A stretch of DNA of 60,000 bases from Amphiscolops sp. MND2022 (Eukaryota). The position numbers and the translations under genes were made by a program. The DNA lies in the NCBI GenBank assembly GCA_964187785.1, contig OZ076409.1, positions 29,204,001 to 29,264,000 of the forward strand, given 5' to 3'. The notes under the pieces were generated by a model. It was given only the letters and a program-made list of their open reading frames with translations, made no database searches and was not told where the DNA came from. How positions within the stretch are numbered: the stretch's first letter is position 1; each line of letters opens with the position of its first letter. Below, in pieces: positions 53,245 to 60,000 of the stretch.

Positions 53245-53622
53245 TGTTATAGCGTATAAACATCAGTTGTTTTATGGTTCGATCAAGCATATTTGGACGA
53301 TCTTCCACAACGTTTTTCTGAATGTAAGAAAAGTTTTCCACGTGCACAGACGCGACGGGGGCGTTTGCATTTCAATCGGCTCTTTGGCATTTTGCTAGAC
53401 TCTCAGCAGCTTGTTTTTGACCATAACCGCGGTGAATTTTTCCGAAGCAATTTCGGCATACGGACTTGGGTTTCTTCCAAGTCTTGCTTCGATATTGTTT
53501 AATCCAGCATTAGCTTTTGAGTGTGGAAATTTTCGCTTGGAACTCTTTTAAATATACGTTTTCCAATGCTTGCAATGGAAGACTGGCTTCAATTTATGCT
53601 TCAACCAAACTCAAATCACGCA

Positions 53623-54130
53623 TTTTTAGTCGGCGCCTTTTCCCTTAAGGAGAAAAGCCCGACTATTACAGAGGGGCAGTTTTTTTTCGTCTGACAATCT
53701 CTCTCTGAATGGTCCACTTTTTTTTACAATCGTTAGTTCATTTGTTCAACTAATTTTCCGAGAAGCAGGAGATTGCGTGTTCGATTCTCGCACTAAACCG
53801 CAATTTTTTTATGCTTCCAAAAGTAGAGGCGAGACCAAAGCCCCCCTTTGGGGTTTTTCGGCACTATGCAACTTTTTTTGGAAAATTTTCGAATTCTATC
53901 AAAGGGTCCCCCTTACATGTCCCCTTACATTTTTTTGAAGTTTTTGGTTTGTAAAAACGTTTAATGAGCATAAATGGCCTTTTTTGAGTTAGTCGGAATT
54001 GTGCGACTTTTTTCAAGAAAACACTTTTTTTGAAAAAAATATCAATTTTTTCCAAACGTTTCCAATAGTTGTTCCTTGAATATTTTTGAGCCTTAGATAT
54101 GGCGCCGACTTGGGACGTTCGCGTCTTGTT
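53623..54130 (+). mobile_element. Helentron/DINE-1-like non-autonomous element
   Basis: Same subterminal repeats and 3' end TTGAGCCTTAGATATGGCGCCGACTTGGG...TTGTT. Confidence 0.65.
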
Positions 54131-54320
54131 TGACAGTTGCTAAGGTTGATTGTTTCGTCTTTTTGAGCTCAGTATCAACCATATGAGTATCAAAGGTTAC
54201 ATGGCTATCGATGTGATTGGATTTGTAAGCTTTGAATCCCTAGAGGCAAGTATGACAAAAGATCTTGTAAAAACCCTTTTTTTACATTAATTTTAATGAT
54301 TTCATTTTAAGCAATTCAGT

Positions 54321-54730
54321 CGCGGTATCAGGTCAAAATCTCCTAAGTTAAAATCTCCTAAAGTTATAATCTTCTAGACCTAAATCTTGTAAGCTAAAAT
54401 CTCCTAGACGTAAATCTCCAAGGTCATAATCTCCTAAATTGAGTCTCATAGTGTGAAAGTAACTTTGTTTAGCATTAATAGCTGAAATAGTCATTGAAAG
54501 ATTATTACATAATTGACTAATGAGTGAAGGTTTGCAATTAGGTTTGAAAAGGGTTAAAAATTGAGGTTAGCCTTTGTTCTTAATCCAACAGCTTTCCGCT
54601 TCAGCTAAGTTGGCGAGTTTTTTGATGAGTTTCTTTTATATTAATTTCAGGAGAGTTTGACCTAGGAGAATTTAACTTGGGAGATTTTAACCTAGGAGAT
54701 TTTAACTTGGGAGAGTTGCTTGCATTCGCG
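54321..54730. repeat. Foldback element with inverted arrays of AAATCTCCTAAG
   Basis: About 15-bp tandem units at 54335-54440 and their reverse complements at 54645-54715. Confidence 0.65.
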
Positions 54731-54856
54731 TGGTCAAATGTTTCTGAAAAAGAAAACCGCAGGTGCAGCAGATAATGTAAGGACAACGTGAAACGAACAG
54801 GAGGCGGTGATGAGAAAAGCAATGAGACAAGGTTCTGTTCACACGACGAATTCATT

Positions 54857-55870
54857 CCCGGGTTGACCCTCTTACTAGCATCTTGGTTGTCTTGGCAAGA
54901 TCTTACCAAATTCTTACTACATCTTGGCGACCATGGATATCATGGCAAGATTCCTAATAAGATCTTACTAAGATAATACATTATTCCAAGATCGTTTCTT
55001 ATCACGATGGACAAAATTCTAAGATTATAAAAAACACTTTATCTTCGGTACAAGCAGCCGATACTTACTTTGAAGGCTCATTTCACCCAACAACGACTAT
55101 TTCTACTCATTTTCATAACTGAAATGCTTCAACCTGTTGAAAAACTTTTGCATGCAAAATGGTGCGAAAAATTACAATAAGGTATTCTGGCTTCCGAAAT
55201 TCTGAGGAGAATCCTAAAAACTTCTCTCTGTTTAAGACTGAGATGCAAATGTACCAAATGAAAGCTCATTTCAAGGGCGTTTGAAAACTTGTAACTTATC
55301 ACTCCAGTCGATTCTAAAGACGGAGAAAAATGGTCTCAAACGTCCAAAGCCACTATCGGAAAGTTATTCAGGGAACGCTGAGAAATTCGGTTGTAATTTG
55401 GTCAATTCATATCTCCAGCTTTCTTTGATAATCTTTTAGCAGCCCTATTACAGCTGGAAATGGTGGTCATTGTCCCGGTTTTGGCAATGATTGAGCTCGA
55501 GGCTTTTCTGACGCCGCTGTTAGCAACGGTTTTGCAATTGAAAGAACAATTTAATCAGTGCATCCCTAAATAAACAGCATAAGGACTCTTCAATCAATTT
55601 TTATACCTTGCTAACAGAAATATTTTATGTCTAACAATATAAGTCTGCAAAAATTTGGATTTTTGTTGAATTCCTTTCAGATTTTTTTCTGGCCAAACAA
55701 GATTTTGCAATAAAATGTTTCTTGGGATCATGGCTCGCTTGATAAGATCTTACCATGACATCTTGCAATTCTTGACAATATCTTGGCAAGATCTTAGCTA
55801 AGATTTTTTCAAGATCTTTGCAAGATCTTGCCAAGATCTTATTAAGATACCCATAGAGGGTCGACCCGGG
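54857..55870. mobile_element. CACTA/EnSpm-like non-autonomous element
   Basis: TIR CCCGGGT(T/C)GACCCTCT, TT on both flanks, subterminal CTTGGCAAGAT repeats. Confidence 0.8.
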
Positions 55871-56307
55871 TTTTAACCAGCCAGAACGTGCTATTTCACG
55901 TTTGGTGTTCAACCGAAAAGTGGCCAATTAGGCACTAAAACGGTAAATTAGGCATATAGATGCACAAACCCAAGTGCCCTGAAATTATTTTCCTGGTGAC
56001 AAGGCATCTTGTCTTGATCAGCCATAACACGCTGATACTACGTTTGTATAAAATTTGTGTAAGATACTACGTTTGTATTAGACAACAATTGTGAACTTGA
56101 ATATACATACTCTGTAGCCTGCGTAAAAACTATCAACAGTTAATGTTTAATAAATTAGTATGACAAATCATGCAACTGTGGAAACCAAGAGGCATGAATT
56201 CGAAATTCTTCATTCGTTTCTGCGGTTTCATCACACATGTTCCGGAACGTTACAAAACAAACAAGCCCATAAGTGTACAAATCTTGCGTAATTGAAAATA
56301 CACTTCT

Positions 56308-57344
56308 TTATAAAAATTTAGATTTAATTGGATCTGCTCCGAAAACCGTCTCTGTCATCTCGTCAAATTTCTTGACTATTTCCGGATTCATCACAGACTT
56401 CCATGATTCTTTTTTACCTTTGTTCACGAAGTCTTTCGTCCTTGGACCGTTATGACCAGTTCATCCTCTTCAATTTAAAGTAGTGCCTCAAAATGGAACT
56501 TACCTTTTCCTGCTTGAATGATTTAAGTCATGTGTAAAAGCATCTGCAAAGATCATGGAAAAATACGTAATCATGAATCTTCACCATGCTCAAAATAATT
56601 TTCAAATGGTTGATATCTATCATAACGATATCATGGGATGTTTGATGGGTTTTGGCAAAAGAGAGCGAATGCTAAAAGATCATGCCAAGTAAATCATTTT
56701 AATTGAAAAAGGTACGATTTTCTTTTGACCTCATCTCTTGAACATCTCAATCTGCAAATCCTTACCAAAATATATTCGAAGATTAAACTAATAATCACTT
56801 TTTCTATTATGACTTCAGATGATGACACAAAATACCACAGCCTTATCCTTCCCTAGATACTCGGTCACAGTTTTGCAGTATATTCAAATGTTCCTCAACA
56901 AAAAACTACAACGAAAAAATGAGTTAGGAGTTGAATTTTTAGAGAATTCAGAGCGATCTTCAATCGCAATCATCAATGAACTTCAAGCTCAAAAAATGCA
57001 GACAATTAATTCATTGAGTAATTTCTCTCATACCCCAGTCAAATAGTTTTTGAAGCCTGATTGTCACGCCTAAATTTCCTTTTCCCTCTTGAGTATTTAT
57101 TTGTTCTGGAGCAGCAGGAAAAGAGTATTTCTTTGAATTGAAACTAATGGAACTGGTCATGACTTGCCTTTCAGCTTCGCTGTATCTCTGCTTCATGACT
57201 CCAACGTGTGTTTTCTCTCTCAGAAGTTGCAAATTGTCGTCGCTCAAAGGAGCAATGTTCAAGAATGACGTCAATCTAGAGATTTCTCGTTCAAAATGAT
57301 CGTGCAGATCTTCGTAGTGAATCAACAGCATGTTTTGTGACTGC
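56308..57344 (-). CDS. 3' exons of a cytosolic-type sulfotransferase (Sulfotransfer_1-like)
   Basis: Exon from 57344: LLIHYEDLHDHFEREISRLTSFL...MK; terminal exon 56440-56308: FVNKGKKESWKSVMNPEIVKKFDE (RKGxxGxWK-like); internal junctions uncertain; 5' exons not identified. Confidence 0.75.
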
Positions 57345-58189
57345 CTGAAATTGTGAGAAGCAACCATCGTTAAGTAACGTGTAGAAACGGAAGATCTCAA
57401 AATTAAAAACTGGTATAGCAAATCTTGTTTCCTTGGATACCTTAGTCGAGACTTTTTTTATAAAACCTTTAAAATTAGGTCAACTTCCCGTAATAAATCT
57501 TGTAGGATTACACTGCGGCTTCCACAATTGCAATTGAAATCTAAAATTTTTCGACACGATAACGTTGTATTCACCCTGTGATTTCTCAACTTTCGTTTTA
57601 AAGTATCCACTGTTTCTTAAATAGCGCGCTGAAACGTGACTGAAAGTACTTCGGATCAAAATGTTGGTTTATTTGACGAGGTCTCAGCTCCATTTAAAGA
57701 CGGAACTGGTGCATAATAAAAATTGTGAAACTTCACGGTATAAACTTCCAGCCAAATTTCTGATGAATCTTTCAAGTGGGTTGATAAAAGTCGAATACAG
57801 CAGGGATATGTTGTCACAGGAAATTTGAACTAACTATTGAACAAGGGTATCTCTAATTATATGTTCAGATTAAACAAAGTTGAACCAAAAACGCCCCACT
57901 GCGTTTTTCAACAAATTCTGCCAATTTTTTCATTTTAAAACAGGCCAAGTAGTATTCTAATACCGGCAGCCATCGCGGTAGAAAGTCTTCTTACTTGTAA
58001 ATTGAGCGTCAATAATCTGCCAATTTAGCAATCCAACTACTCAATGCTGAAAACTCAAATTTTAATCGGCACTGCAAAGGTGAATTTTAGTTGAAATTGC
58101 ATCAATATTGAAAAAACTATATCTCATTGTATTTAACAATTATTCTGAAAATCCTTTCCTGGAAAATAAACAGCCAAAAACGCTTACAA

Positions 58190-59822
58190 CCCTAGTTGAA
58201 ATTGCTTGAAACTTTTACATGATTTCATAGGCTACCAAGCACTTTTAGCATGATTTTGGGAGTTTCATATACAATCATTATTGCAAAATAATTCTCTGAT
58301 GCAATGCTATTTCTTCAGGTATTTATTAGGATTTCTATACAATTTGGCGGGTTTTCAGAGCAACATCAAGAAAATCAAAGAACAAAGTCCCCGCAAAATT
58401 TTGCAGGTTTGCGTGGGCAAAACCTCAAGTTTTGTAAGCACGACGCTACAATATGTTGTAAACAAATAGTCAACGCGTGGCAGTGTGGCAAACAAATTCG
58501 TATTACTGGATTTTTTTTCAGTGGGAAAAATTTTTTTTGCATGAAAATTGTCGGAATGAGCTATATTTATCACTTTTCGGGTTTGCAAAAACGAAAACAT
58601 TTCCAAATAAAAGTTATACACGGCATTTTTAGGGAACTACTTTGAAACGGAATATCAAAATAAGGCTGTTTTGATTGGTTGAAATTTCAATTCTTTTTTG
58701 AAACGTTTTCAGCGTCAAAAAAATTCAAAAAATCTGATGGACTAACAGAAAGGACTTTTACAGCTTTTTGTGAGCATTTCTGTTGAAGTTTTTCGAATGA
58801 GATGAAAAATTTGGTGTTTTTCAGGAAAAAACTCAACAAAATTTTTGGAACTGAAAAATTCTAATCCAAAAATTGTGTGGCATCGGGTACGAAACCATTG
58901 GAGGAGCTATCTCTGGCACCTGATGTGTTCTGTATGGGAAACCAGTGTTCTGGGTCTCGGCTTCCTCAGAACAACTTCGAAAGGTCTCAATTTTTTGAGA
59001 ATTTGAATGTTTTTTTTTCGCTCTTCACTATAAGTTTTTAGTGTTTTCAGAAAATTTTTCGGAAACGTAGCCTTTCGCTCGAAAAAAGTTGTTGCCAAAT
59101 CTAGCGTTTTAGTGTTCCCAGTTCTTGAAAAACTCAAACAAAAAGAATCATGGAAATGTAATATCTAGTCCTCGAGTTTTTTTCCGCTGTTGTTTTTTTT
59201 GATATGTCTTTCCTAACTCCTCGGTGTGTCAAGGAATAACCAGTTTTTGTTTCAGACGTTGTCTTCGATAAAGATGAAAATTGTGTGGCATCTGGTACGA
59301 AACCATTGGAGGAGCTATCTCTGGCACCTGATGTTTTGTATGGGATACAAGTGTTCTGGGTCTCGGCTTCCTCAAAACAACTCCGAATGGGATACAAGTG
59401 TTCTGGGTCTCGACTTCCTCGAAACAACTCCTAAATTTTTTTTGGACTTTGATTTTGCATAATGTTGATTTGTAGATGTTCACTAGCTTTTTAATTTTCT
59501 TTTAGTTGGAATTCAGTTTTTTCTCAGCTCTTATTAGGTTGCGAGAAGAGGACCTTTTTGTGAGAACTAAAAGATTGAGAGATCAAAAAAATACAAAAAA
59601 TGCATCCTTTTCAGGATTTTTGCTGAAGATTTTTGGTCGAGGCTTAGTGGATATTTTTCCAAGTTTTTGCAAAATGCAGGAAAGCTTTCCAAGATTTTCT
59701 AAGATGCAGGGAAGTTTTACAAAATTTTCCATGCAGGGTCCCTGATTTTTCTATGTTTTATCAAAAATTAGCCTGCATTTTATTCATGTGCTTACAAAAC
59801 TTCACGGCATTCTCAACTAAGG
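58190..59822. mobile_element. Non-autonomous CACTA/EnSpm-like element, copy 2
   Basis: Same termini and body as 22871-24455, AA flanks, different internal tandem duplications. Confidence 0.85.
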
Positions 59823-60000
59823 AATTTTGTCGAAACAATATTTTTACGGAATAAAAATAGACGATTTAGTAATTTGTAATAATTTCTCGATGTAAGTTGT
59901 TAAAGAGAGCGTTTTCAGAAAAAGTGTTGAATTCAAAAGTTAGAGATCTGAATCAAAGGTACAAAGTTTGTCTCAAACACTTTTTGTTGAAACCAGCGGT

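Overview
AT-rich, transposon-dominated eukaryotic (probably metazoan invertebrate) genomic DNA; the species cannot be determined from sequence alone. The centrepiece is a 14.8-kb Ty3/Gypsy LTR retrotransposon (6502-21268; 1124-bp LTRs, GATGT target-site duplication). It has two unusual traits. First, its Gag ORF starts inside the LTR and reads through the primer-binding site. Second, the 6.8 kb between pol and the 3' LTR carries an antisense, intron-containing gene of about 7 exons and about 1,090 codons, whose product resembles a catalytically altered hAT-type transposase with a BED-like zinc finger; a second antisense spliced gene probably lies next to it. Also present: two older degenerate Gypsy elements with a WLDD reverse-transcriptase motif (27147-33380 +, about 45230-50910 -), a solo LTR that also carries a Gag N-terminus (43225-44909), many nested non-autonomous DNA elements (CACTA-like, hAT, Mutator-like, Helentron/DINE-1-like), a 322-bp spacer-less palindrome, and 3' exons of a host sulfotransferase gene. 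All homology calls are by-eye motif recognition, not database searches.
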